From NCBI GenBank assembly GCA_025464275.1, contig JAODGR010000080.1, forward strand, positions 1-34,025: 34,025 nucleotides of DNA, in the 5' to 3' direction. Below are positions 14,937 to 23,241 of the stretch, one piece after another. The DNA comes from Methanosarcinales archaeon (GTDB lineage Archaea > Halobacteriota > Syntropharchaeia > Alkanophagales > Methanospirareceae). How positions within the stretch are numbered: the stretch's first letter is position 1; each line of letters starts with the position of its first letter. The notes beneath the pieces were generated by a model. The model saw only the letters and a program-made list of their open reading frames with translations. It did no database searches and was not told the origin of the DNA. A program made the position numbers and the translations under genes.

Positions 14937-14978
14937 GACTTTAGCTTTTAACTTTAACCTTAACCTTAACTTTATACT
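14937..14978. repeat. Seven tandem hexamers (consensus TAACYT)
   Basis: cgactt agcttt taactt taacct taacct taactt tatact, immediately upstream of the atpI start codon (14925) on the opposite strand. Confidence 0.75.
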
Positions 14979-15008
14979 GGTTCTTTCGACTCTTTTTAAA
15001 AACTTTCG

Positions 15009-15049
15009 CTTTTCTCTCCTCTCCTCTCTCTCCTCTCCTCTCTCCTCTC
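15009..15049. repeat. 41-nt uninterrupted polypyrimidine (C/T only) tract
   Basis: ct tttctctcct ctcctctctc tcctctcctc tctcctctc contains no purine on the plus strand. It is a mirror-like CT repeat in the divergent atpI / frhB-like spacer. Confidence 0.85.
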
Positions 15050-15202
15050 ACACTCATTCCCCCTAAAGCTGCGCACCTGGCAGTGGCGTCGAGCATCAAA
15101 TCAAATCAAACCAAACTTCATATTTAGAACTGGATGATATTTGATGATTGATCTTGATAGATTAAGTATGGGAGAGGAATAGAACAGGAGGACCCATAGG
15201 AG

Positions 15203-16264
15203 ATGGAGATAGGAGAGAAGAGGGATTTTGGAGACCTGGTGCGAGAAGTGATAGATAAGGGCAAGTGTGCACTCTGTGGTGGCTGTGTAGCTACCTGTCG
15301 CCTGCTTGACCATGGATACCTCAGTATGGACCTCGAGGATGAGCGCCCGGTGATAAAGGAGGGGCAGCAGTGTCCACCCGATTGCGGGTACTGCTATTAT
15401 CAGTGCCCGCGGGTGCAGAAGCCCGAGCTGAAGCAGGGACTGGAGGAGATGTATGAAGTTGTTACGAGAGATGATGAGATAAAAGCGGTCTGTCAGGATG
15501 GAGGAGCGGTTACCTCGATACTCGCTTACGCACTTGATGAGAGTATTGTGGAAGGCTGTATAGGGGTTGTGCTGAGCGACAAGGACTGGAAGCCTGAGGT
15601 ACGGGTGGTAATGGACAGGGCAAGCCTGCTGAAGACTGCAGGGAGCAAGTATACACCCGCAGCAACACTCACCGGTGTTGCCGATGCTATCCTGGACTAT
15701 GACCTCTGGAGTATCGCACTGGTGGGTACGCCGTGTCAGATGTCATCATACGCACGGATGCTTGAGGTTGGACGCGATACGCATAATGCACACAACTTCT
15801 CATCCCATGTCAGACTGCGAATAGGGCTCTTCTGCATGGGCTCTTACAATTATGAGAAGTTGATAAACGAATTCCTCACTGCCAGACATGGCATAAATAT
15901 AGAGGAGGTAACCCGGATGCAGATAAGTGAGAACGTCCTGCATGTGTACTCAGGAGCGGAGGAGCTCTTAAGTACTGGAATCTCTGAGATAGACGCTTAC
16001 AAGCGTGATGGATGCAGGGTATGTGAAGATTTCTCCGCCATGTTCTCAGATATAAGTGTGGGAAATAGCGGCACACCGGAGGGCAAGTCTTCCGTCATCG
16101 TTCGTACCGATTTCGGGAAGGAGGTCTTCGAGGGTGCTCTGGAACGTGGATACATAGAAGCGAAACCGATGGACACCTCCGGGATCGAGCAGATACACAA
16201 ATTGATGAAAGCGAAGAAGGAATCGGGAATCGCGGAGAAGGAGCGGAGGAAGAGGAAGTCGTGA
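15203..16264 (+). CDS. FrhB-family protein (coenzyme F420 hydrogenase/dehydrogenase beta-subunit-like) with an N-terminal 2x[4Fe-4S] ferredoxin module
   Basis: CALCGGCVATC and CGYCYYQCP cluster motifs. FrhB-family signatures QDGGAVTSIL, GSKYTP, LVGTPCQ and CRVCEDFSAMFSDISVGN. SD-like aggagg at 15187-15192. Confidence 0.8.
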   Translation: MEIGEKRDFGDLVREVIDKGKCALCGGCVATCRLLDHGYLSMDLEDERPVIKEGQQCPPDCGYCYYQCPRVQKPELKQGLEEMYEVVTRDDEIKAVCQDGGAVTSILAYALDESIVEGCIGVVLSDKDWKPEVRVVMDRASLLKTAGSKYTPAATLTGVADAILDYDLWSIALVGTPCQMSSYARMLEVGRDTHNAHNFSSHVRLRIGLFCMGSYNYEKLINEFLTARHGINIEEVTRMQISENVLHVYSGAEELLSTGISEIDAYKRDGCRVCEDFSAMFSDISVGNSGTPEGKSSVIVRTDFGKEVFEGALERGYIEAKPMDTSGIEQIHKLMKAKKESGIAEKERRKRKS

Positions 16265-16268
16265 TAGA

Positions 16269-17645
16269 TTGAGCAGGATGGACCCACGTGTGAGGAAACT
16301 GTACGAAGCGCTCTTCGCACTCGAAGACCTGCGTGAAATCTTCAGAACGGCAGTGCCCGGGTGCGCGGACGAGGATGAGATTGCAGCTGGAGTAGCACGT
16401 GTTGAAGCGATTCTGAATGATTTAAAGGAGCAGAGGAGTAGTTCTCTCAGATACATCACCGACCGGATCGAGCTGAGGACGCGGGAGGAGGAGTACATAA
16501 ATATCAATCCCATACAGCCCGGGGGGCGACTGACGCCGGAAGCGCGTAAAGCGCTCATCGCTTATGGCGATGGGTATTCCATCTGCGACTGGTGTCGCGA
16601 CCTCAGACTGGATAAGATAAGGAGACCGCCGGTGGATGAATTCCATGCAGAACTTGCGGAATTCGTGGGTATGGATGAAGTGCGGGTGGTGCCGGGTGCG
16701 AGGAGAGGCTTTCAGGCTGTCACCTCATCAATACTCGAGAAGGGAGATATTGTGCTCCTCTCAGAATTAGGGCATTATACGGAGTACCTGGCTGTTGAGC
16801 TCGCTGGGGGTGTGGTCAGGGAGGTACCCGCAGGTGAGGCACATATCATCACGGGCGACGCCGTTGCAGAGACCATAGAGGAGGTACAGGCGACAACGGG
16901 TAAGAAGCCAAAACTGCTCATCATTGAGCATTTCGATTACAGTTACGGGAACGAGCACGATGTGCGCGGTATAGGCAGGGTGGCGAGGGAGTACGGAATC
17001 CCGTTCCTCTACAATGGCGCTTATTCTGTGGGCATGGTGCCGGTGAATGGTAAGGAGATAGGAGCTGATTTCGTCGTTGGCTCCGGACATAAGGGTATGG
17101 CGGCAGTTGCTCCTTCTGGACTGCTCGCAACGACCGATGAATGGGCTCCTTGTGTCTTCCGGAGCTCTCATATCTCGGGCAACATCTCAGCCAGGCAATT
17201 TGAGACCAAGGAGCCTGAAATGCTCGGCTGTACACTCATGGGTGCTACTTTACTCTCCATGATGGCTTCTTTCCCACGTATTAAGGAGCGTGTGAAGCAC
17301 TGGGATGAGGAGGTGAAGAAATCGAACTACTTCATTCGCGAGTTCCTCCGTATCGAGGGTAACGCCGTGGCAAGTGAATATCCTCGTAAACACACCCTCT
17401 CCAGGGTTGACACCCGCAACAGCTTCGATAAGGTTGCGCGTACACACAAGCGCCGTGGATTCTTCCTCAGTGATGAGCTGAAGAGGAGGGGTATAATAGG
17501 TGAATTCGCTGGCTCTACACGGGTATGGAAGTTGAACACCTACGGCTTGAGCTGGGAGAGGATACGGTATCTCGCAGATGCGTTCTTAGACATCGCAGAG
17601 AAGTATAACTTGCGGGTCGATCCATGCAGTGCTGGAGCTGGATGA
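16269..17645 (+). CDS. pscS: O-phosphoseryl-tRNA:Cys-tRNA synthase (SepCysS) with a ~65-aa N-terminal extension
   Basis: The sequence runs YININPIQPGGRLTPEARKALIAYGDGYSICDWC...GARRGF...GSGHKGMAA (PLP lysine)...LGCTLMGATLLSMMASFP...WKLNTYGLS. It matches my memory of the Archaeoglobus and methanogen SepCysS sequences. TTG 16269 is the longest start; ATG 16278 is more likely. Confidence 0.85.
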   Translation: MSRMDPRVRKLYEALFALEDLREIFRTAVPGCADEDEIAAGVARVEAILNDLKEQRSSSLRYITDRIELRTREEEYININPIQPGGRLTPEARKALIAYGDGYSICDWCRDLRLDKIRRPPVDEFHAELAEFVGMDEVRVVPGARRGFQAVTSSILEKGDIVLLSELGHYTEYLAVELAGGVVREVPAGEAHIITGDAVAETIEEVQATTGKKPKLLIIEHFDYSYGNEHDVRGIGRVAREYGIPFLYNGAYSVGMVPVNGKEIGADFVVGSGHKGMAAVAPSGLLATTDEWAPCVFRSSHISGNISARQFETKEPEMLGCTLMGATLLSMMASFPRIKERVKHWDEEVKKSNYFIREFLRIEGNAVASEYPRKHTLSRVDTRNSFDKVARTHKRRGFFLSDELKRRGIIGEFAGSTRVWKLNTYGLSWERIRYLADAFLDIAEKYNLRVDPCSAGAG

Positions 17646-17653
17646 AGATGAAT

Positions 17654-17680
17654 GAATAGCGCGCGCATTCTTCTCTTATT
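17654..17680. terminator. GC-rich near-palindrome plus T-rich tract between convergent pscS and the PHP gene
   Basis: gaatagcgcgcgcattc (17654-17670) can fold as GAAT/ATTC flanking a GCGCGC core. It is followed by ttctcttatt. Confidence 0.35.
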
Positions 17681-17681
17681 G

Positions 17682-18341
17682 CTATCTCAGCCTTCTCCAT
17701 GTCTTCACTATCTTGCTCAAGCACTGATTCACAGGATTGCTCAATCTGCCACCGTATCCAATCTCGTTCTTCAGTATCGCCCGCTTCAGGTCTTCATCAC
17801 TTGATGAGTTCGCGTATATGAACGCATTCCCTATCTCCCACCTGAAATGTGCATCACTACCTCCTGTAACTGCCAGCTTATGTCTCATGGCGAATTCCAG
17901 TGCCCTGTCATTGTAGGTCTGGAAGAGGCATCGCGAATTGAATCCCTCCACGCAATCAAAGAACTTCGCATCACCATCCTCAGGGTGGAAGGCGGAGCGC
18001 CGTACTCTATCGAACGGATGCGGCACAACGACGATGCCACCCTGCTCTCTTATCTCCTCGACGACCATCTCAACTTCTATCCTCTCCGCGCCACTCATCA
18101 CCTCCTCATTGAGGAAGAGCCCTATTATCTCACCACGGGTGGTCATTATCTCAGAGCCCACAATCACCTTGAAATCCTCCGTCTCGTACCTCTTCGCTTC
18201 TAATCCACCCTTTATCGTGTTATGGTCTGTTACTGCGATACCAGCAAGTCCCTTCTTCATCCCCTGCTTCACCATCGCCCCGGGCTCGACTATCCCATCA
18301 ATCGAATATTTCGAGTGTGTGTGCAGGTCATACCTCATCAT
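17682..18341 (-). CDS. PHP-domain metal-dependent phosphoesterase
   Basis: YDLHTHSKYSIDG, AVTDHN, HP and GGSDAH motifs of the PHP (polymerase/histidinol phosphatase) fold. Confidence 0.8.
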   Translation of the reverse strand: MMRYDLHTHSKYSIDGIVEPGAMVKQGMKKGLAGIAVTDHNTIKGGLEAKRYETEDFKVIVGSEIMTTRGEIIGLFLNEEVMSGAERIEVEMVVEEIREQGGIVVVPHPFDRVRRSAFHPEDGDAKFFDCVEGFNSRCLFQTYNDRALEFAMRHKLAVTGGSDAHFRWEIGNAFIYANSSSDEDLKRAILKNEIGYGGRLSNPVNQCLSKIVKTWRRLR

Positions 18342-18462
18342 ACCTCATCTGAACCGATATCATATCCACAGTATCCGCAGGAATGGATAAATATCTATAT
18401 ATTCATCCTTTATCTCTATCTGTCTATCTGTCTAAGTAACAAGTAAGAGTAAGAAGGAAGGA

Positions 18463-20205
18463 GTGGAAATGGGGGAGACAGCGAAGAAGTTAAGCGGTGC
18501 GGAGATAGTGGTGGAGGAACTGAAGAATGAGCGTGTGGAAGTGGCTTTTGGTATACCGGGCGGTGCTCTGCTGGATCTGTACGAGGTGCTCTACCAGGAA
18601 GAGGAGATAAAGCACATCTTAATGCGGCACGAGCAATGTGCGGCGCATGCCGCTGATGGCTATGCACGTGCATCCGGGCGCACGGGTGTCTGTATCGCCA
18701 CTTCCGGTCCCGGTGCCACGAACCTCGTTACCGGACTGGCAACTGCGAATATAGACTCTTCACCCGTCGTCGCATTGACCGGGCAGGTACCCACTTCTGC
18801 CATAGGCACGAACGCATTTCAGGAGTCGAGCACCTTCACCATCACCATGCCCATCACCAAGCATAACTTCCTGGTTACGCGGACGGAAGATTTACCACAG
18901 GTCATTCACAATGCGTTTTACATCGCCAATACGGGTAGGAAAGGGGTTGTCCTGATTGACCTGCCGAAGGATGTGCAGGGTAACAGGGTGGAGGTGGAGT
19001 TGCATCCCAGGACCACCTCTCCTGGCTACAGACCGAATATAAAGCCGAACCAGGTACAGACGAAGAGGGCTGCTGAGGTACTCCTGAATGCGGAACGCCC
19101 GCTCATTCTCGCCGGTGGTGGTGTTATAAGCGCCGGTGCCACCCAGCCCCTGCGTGAGTTAGCCGAATTGCTCGGCGCCGGTGTCGTCACCACACTGATG
19201 GGCAAGGGAGCAATACCAGAGGGGCATCCCCTATCTCTGGGTATGGCAGGTATGCACGGGCATGTCTATGCGAACAGAGCGCTGAATGAATGTGATGCCC
19301 TCCTCGCACTTGGCACACGGTTCAGTGATAGATTGACCGGGTGGCAACTGGACCAGTTCGCACCGGATGCCACGGTGATACATGTGGACGTGGATGCTGC
19401 CGAGATAAACAAGAATTTACCGGTTGATATCCCGATAGTGGGTGATGTAAAGCTCGCACTCCATGATATCCTGAAGTGGCTTGATAAAGCCATCAAGGTG
19501 GATAAGGAGGGCAAGCGGGAGAGTCCGTGGCTACGGCGAATAAAAGAGATGCACTCAGCCTGTGAGGAGTGCATAAAGGATGTATGGAGGGCAGGGTCAT
19601 CAATATCAGATGTTGTAATAAAAGAACTGAGCAATATCCTGGATGGGAATGCCATCGTCACGACCGAGGTGGGGCAGTGCCAGATGTTCGCCGCACACTA
19701 TTACATCACGAAGGAGCCCCGTACATTCATATCCTCCGGTGGACTGGGTACAATGGGTTTCGGGTTCCCGGCAGCGATAGGTGCCAAGGTTGCGGCGCCG
19801 GATAGGCAGGTGGTGGATATCGCGGGTGATGGCAGCTTCCTGATGACCTGCCAGGACCTGGCAACCTGTGTCGAGAATGACATCCCGGTCGTGGTCTGTA
19901 TCTTCGATAACCGGTATCTGGGTATGGTAAGGCAATGGCAGGAGCTCTTCTTTGATAAGCGATACTCACATACGAACCTGGGCGTGACACCCGATTTCGT
20001 CAAGCTGGGCGAGGCTTTTGGATGCTATGCTGAGCGTGTGGAGAAGCCGGAAGAGTTGAAATCGGCATTGAAGAACGCATTTGAGTCGGGCAAGCCCGCA
20101 GTGCTGGACATCATTGTGGGGCGTGAGGATAAAGTACTGCCCATGATCCCACCCGGTGGTGGTATCACCGGTATGATAGGAACGGAGAGATGCAAACGCA
20201 TATAA
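18463..20205 (+). CDS. ilvB: Acetolactate synthase large (catalytic) subunit
   Basis: ThDP enzyme. The sequence runs GAEIVVEELKNERVEVAFGIPGGA...HEQCAAHAADGYARASG...TSGPGATN, with the ThDP motif GDGSFLMTCQDL...FDNRYLGMV. ATG 18469, preceded by ggagtg, is the likely start (GTG 18463 is the longest). Confidence 0.9.
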   Translation: MEMGETAKKLSGAEIVVEELKNERVEVAFGIPGGALLDLYEVLYQEEEIKHILMRHEQCAAHAADGYARASGRTGVCIATSGPGATNLVTGLATANIDSSPVVALTGQVPTSAIGTNAFQESSTFTITMPITKHNFLVTRTEDLPQVIHNAFYIANTGRKGVVLIDLPKDVQGNRVEVELHPRTTSPGYRPNIKPNQVQTKRAAEVLLNAERPLILAGGGVISAGATQPLRELAELLGAGVVTTLMGKGAIPEGHPLSLGMAGMHGHVYANRALNECDALLALGTRFSDRLTGWQLDQFAPDATVIHVDVDAAEINKNLPVDIPIVGDVKLALHDILKWLDKAIKVDKEGKRESPWLRRIKEMHSACEECIKDVWRAGSSISDVVIKELSNILDGNAIVTTEVGQCQMFAAHYYITKEPRTFISSGGLGTMGFGFPAAIGAKVAAPDRQVVDIAGDGSFLMTCQDLATCVENDIPVVVCIFDNRYLGMVRQWQELFFDKRYSHTNLGVTPDFVKLGEAFGCYAERVEKPEELKSALKNAFESGKPAVLDIIVGREDKVLPMIPPGGGITGMIGTERCKRI

Positions 20206-20669
20206 TATCGCTATTGGTGGAGGATAATCCAGGAGTGCTGACACGGCTATCGGGGATGTTCACCATGCGAGGCATAAATATCTCCTCACTCACTGTATCA
20301 CCGTGTGAGAAGAGTGGTTTATCGAGGATGACGGTGACCATAAAGGGCTCGGAGGCGGAATTAGAGAAGGTGAGGAAACAGCTGAGCAACCTGATAGAAG
20401 TGATAAAGGTGGTGGATTTGAAGGATAACGAAGCGGTCATCCGCGACCTCTGCCTCGTGAAGGTACATACGAGGGATGCAGAGGCACGTACAGAGGTGAT
20501 GCAGCTGAGTGAATCCTACGGCGCCAGGATAGTCGATGCCTCACTCGAGTCGGTAATACTGGAACTCGCAGATGAGCCTGAGAGGATAGAACGATTTGTG
20601 GAATTAATGAAGCACTTCGGGATAAAACAGCTATTCAGAACCGGTATTACCGCAATTAAACGCGACTAA
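20190..20669 (+). CDS. ilvN: Acetolactate synthase small (regulatory, ACT-domain) subunit
   Basis: [34 protein letters not shown] signature. 16-nt overlap with ilvB. Confidence 0.9.
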   Translation: MQTHIISLLVEDNPGVLTRLSGMFTMRGINISSLTVSPCEKSGLSRMTVTIKGSEAELEKVRKQLSNLIEVIKVVDLKDNEAVIRDLCLVKVHTRDAEARTEVMQLSESYGARIVDASLESVILELADEPERIERFVELMKHFGIKQLFRTGITAIKRD

Positions 20670-21079
20670 GTACCAAAACCGAGTATGCGAATGGCGAGCA
20701 GAGCTGCGTTCTCTCCATTATCTATACCCACCACAGCCACGGGTACGCCGGCAGGCATCTGCACCATGGATAATAGCGCATCAATCCCGAGTAGCTTACC
20801 ACTCACCGGCACCCCGATGACCGGCTTATCGGTCTTTGCCGCTATTATTCCCGGTAATGCAGCAGATAGTCCCGCAATTGCAATCACCACCCGGACCGAA
20901 TCATCCCTCACCTTCTCTCTCAGGTATCTGTCCAGCACTTCAGGCTCACGATGTGCCGAGATCACTCGCAGCTCGTATGGTATCTTATGCTCTTCCAGTA
21001 CCTTCACCGCCTTCTCCGCTACTGCCCTGTCACTCTCTGAGCCCATTATGATAGCCACGGTGCCTGTGCCCTCAGCCAT
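20666..21079 (-). CDS. purE: PurE-family AIR carboxylase / N5-CAIR mutase
   Basis: [33 protein letters not shown] and [19 protein letters not shown] signatures. I cannot assign the class from sequence by eye. Confidence 0.85.
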   Translation of the reverse strand: MAEGTGTVAIIMGSESDRAVAEKAVKVLEEHKIPYELRVISAHREPEVLDRYLREKVRDDSVRVVIAIAGLSAALPGIIAAKTDKPVIGVPVSGKLLGIDALLSMVQMPAGVPVAVVGIDNGENAALLAIRILGFGT

Positions 21080-21080
21080 C

Positions 21081-21116
21081 CCCTCATCTCACTCCTTCAT
21101 CCCTTCATCCCTTCAT
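21081..21116. repeat. Tandem 8-9-mers (cccttcat) bridging the stop of the HTH gene and the start of purE
   Basis: ccctcat ctca ctccttcat cccttcat cccttcat. The minus strand reads ATGAAGGG repeats, each containing both ATG and an overlapping TGA. Confidence 0.75.
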
Positions 21117-22088
21117 CTTCTCTTCTATCACACAAGTGAACTCCTCGGGGTCTCTTATCCTCTTCAACTCCTCCTTCTCCATCAGTACGGTGTGGTCTAC
21201 CTGGACCTGCTTGACATTACCGTTGACCACGAAGACCGAATGAGTCTTCGTCACCGTGGATAGACTGCTGAGAATCCTCGCCCTCTTTATCAGTTGACGT
21301 GTGTATTTACTTATCCCAGTGAGAATACGCACACTCTTGCTTCCTTCTCTCGAACTCGTCTGCAGGAGTGAAACGGCATTGAAAGGTGCATGCGCGGTTG
21401 TGAAGATCTCAAAGCCTATCTCCTCCATCTTACCCAGTATGTACCGCTCAAGGCTCGAAGTTGCATCCTCTATCCCGGGTTCTGTCATCTCGGGAGATAA
21501 AGATTCCTCCAGCTCCTCTGCCTGTGTTATGAACTCCAGCGGCTCTATCAATGAGGTACCCAGAATCTCCTCCAGCTTCAATGCTATCTCGATGGTGGTG
21601 CTCACTCTCCCCTCCTCGTACTTGCTCACACTCCGCCTGGAAACGCCCAGTGAGGAGGCGATATCACCGAGTGAGAGGCTCTTCTTCTCACGCGCTATCC
21701 GTATCAGCTCCCCATTCAGGTTCACGTATAAGCCACCGGTTGCTGAATATACATAGGGGTGCATTCCGGTGATGAAGTAATTGTAGAGTGTATTCGTGTT
21801 TATGGCTGGTATCCCGTATCTGTGATAGATGACATCGTCTTCCATGAACGAACTGCCCCTTCTCACACCCACAACGATGGGTGAGGCGAGTAATGAGAAT
21901 GCAGCACGCTTCAGACTCCTCGCTATCTCCTCGTCCAGCCCGTCTATATTGTACAGCGCCTTCACCAGCAGGATTAAGTCCCCACTCCGGGCTGCAAGGT
22001 CAAAGCTCCTTGCACTGCATCTCCGGGATACGATGAAACCCGCCTCCTTCAGTATCTCGGTTATCCGCGTCAGTAATTCGTTCTTCAT
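21105..22088 (-). CDS. Conserved archaeal putative HTH-type (cro/C1) transcriptional regulator, ~320-aa family of unknown function
   Basis: Central HTH REKKSLSLGDIASSLGVSRRSVSKYEEG. The length and the N/C-flanking domains fit the euryarchaeal family annotated as putative HTH-type transcriptional regulatory protein (from memory). Confidence 0.7.
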   Translation of the reverse strand: MKNELLTRITEILKEAGFIVSRRCSARSFDLAARSGDLILLVKALYNIDGLDEEIARSLKRAAFSLLASPIVVGVRRGSSFMEDDVIYHRYGIPAINTNTLYNYFITGMHPYVYSATGGLYVNLNGELIRIAREKKSLSLGDIASSLGVSRRSVSKYEEGRVSTTIEIALKLEEILGTSLIEPLEFITQAEELEESLSPEMTEPGIEDATSSLERYILGKMEEIGFEIFTTAHAPFNAVSLLQTSSREGSKSVRILTGISKYTRQLIKRARILSSLSTVTKTHSVFVVNGNVKQVQVDHTVLMEKEELKRIRDPEEFTCVIEEKMKG

Positions 22089-22097
22089 CTCTCCTGC

Positions 22098-22922
22098 TCA
22101 TCCCATCTCTCTACTCCGTCTCGTCGCTTCTATCACCGCATCCATCATCGCTGCTCTCACCGCTCGCGACTCCATCGTATGCAAGCCCCTTATCGTGGTG
22201 CCACCCGGTGACGCGGTCATCGCCTTTATAGTGGCGGGGCTCTCACCTGCGAGAATCAGTCGTGCCGCACCAAGTGCGGTCTTTGCTGCGATGGTGAGTG
22301 CGGAATCTCGTGGCAAACCTTCATACACGCCCGCATCTGCCATGGCATCTATCACCTCGGCGAAGAATGCTATGCCACTGCCACTGAGTCCTGTTATCAC
22401 ATCCATCTCCTTCTCGTCCACGTGGTAAACCGAGCCAATAGCACTCATAATCTCAGCTGCGAGCTCTTCATCCTCTGATACTGCGTTACTGCCGCTGCAT
22501 AGTGCCGAGACGGATTCACCCACCCTCGCCCCTATATTTGGCATGGCTCTTATCACCCTCACTCTCCGCCCTGAGCCTGAGTCGGCGAGGTATCGCTCCA
22601 ACTCGCCCGTAGACACGCCCGCAGCCACGGATATCAGTAGCTTGTCCTCCATGAACGGCGCTATCGCTCCCAGAACCCCGCTCACATCCCTGGGTTTAAC
22701 TGCCAGAATCAGTATCTCCGACTTCTTCGCCAGCTCCTCGTTGCTGCTGCATATCTCCACCCTCGGATTCGCCGCAAATGCACTGAGACTCTCACGTCTC
22801 ACGTCTGCTATCAAAAACTGAGCGTCTTCGATCTCGCTCAGTAGACCACGGAGAATGGAAGAGCCTATATTGCCAATGCCTATGATTCCTATCCTCTTAC
22901 CCTCTATCTTCGCCCTGCTCAT
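22098..22922 (-). CDS. proC: Pyrroline-5-carboxylate reductase
   Basis: Rossmann IGIIGIGNIGSSIL, RAMPN, GSGIAF and PGGTT signatures. Confidence 0.85.
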   Translation of the reverse strand: MSRAKIEGKRIGIIGIGNIGSSILRGLLSEIEDAQFLIADVRRESLSAFAANPRVEICSSNEELAKKSEILILAVKPRDVSGVLGAIAPFMEDKLLISVAAGVSTGELERYLADSGSGRRVRVIRAMPNIGARVGESVSALCSGSNAVSEDEELAAEIMSAIGSVYHVDEKEMDVITGLSGSGIAFFAEVIDAMADAGVYEGLPRDSALTIAAKTALGAARLILAGESPATIKAMTASPGGTTIRGLHTMESRAVRAAMMDAVIEATRRSREMG

Positions 22923-23143
22923 TCCTTCATGGGGTTTATAAGCACCACGTTGTTACCTCGTACCACAACAGAGCCGAGCAGTCGCTTCCTCTCACCATCC
23001 TGGAGCTCGTTCACTGCACTCAGGTATAAATTCAGGTAGTCATCCACGCTTCTCAGAACCCCCTCCAGCACACTCTTCTCACCCTTCATCTCTACATGTA
23101 CCTTCTTCCCTATCATACCCTGAACCCTTTTACTGGGGAACAT
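22919..23143 (-). CDS. Archaeal Sm-like (LSm/SmAP) protein
   Basis: 74 aa. Sm1 (GKKVHVEMKGEKSVLEGVLRSVDDYLNLYL) and Sm2 (VVVRGNNVVLI) motifs. ATGA overlap with proC. Confidence 0.85.
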   Translation of the reverse strand: MFPSKRVQGMIGKKVHVEMKGEKSVLEGVLRSVDDYLNLYLSAVNELQDGERKRLLGSVVVRGNNVVLINPMKE

Positions 23144-23241
23144 GCTCCACCTCTACCATTTCTAAATTTCTATTTCCCTTATTTAAAAGAAAAGGGGAAG
23201 GGAAAGGGAGGGAAGGAGAGGACCGGGAGATGAGATCATGA

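Noticed and set aside
14937-15117. Short tandem repeats as a CRISPR array (also 6201-6248, 8221-8265, 33785-33826)
   Set aside because: The units are 5-9 nt, contiguous and degenerate, with no spacers and no 25-40-nt repeat. These are microsatellite-like tracts, not CRISPR.
15997-16558. 107-aa and 170-aa minus-strand ORFs spanning the frhB-like/pscS junction
   Set aside because: They are antisense to two well-supported CDSs and have no motifs.
17682-18341. RNase P protein subunit Rpp30 (a PHP-like TIM barrel), given the RNase P RNA in the window
   Set aside because: The ORF keeps the full metal-binding PHP motifs (HTH, DHN, GGSDAH) of true phosphoesterases. Rpp30-type proteins lack them as far as I recall, and the gene is 8 kb from rnpB.
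20685-21263. 192-aa plus-strand ORF, plus 21301..21756 and 21829..22428
   Set aside because: They are antisense to purE, the HTH regulator and proC. Their Ser/Ala/Pro-rich translations mark them as shadow frames.
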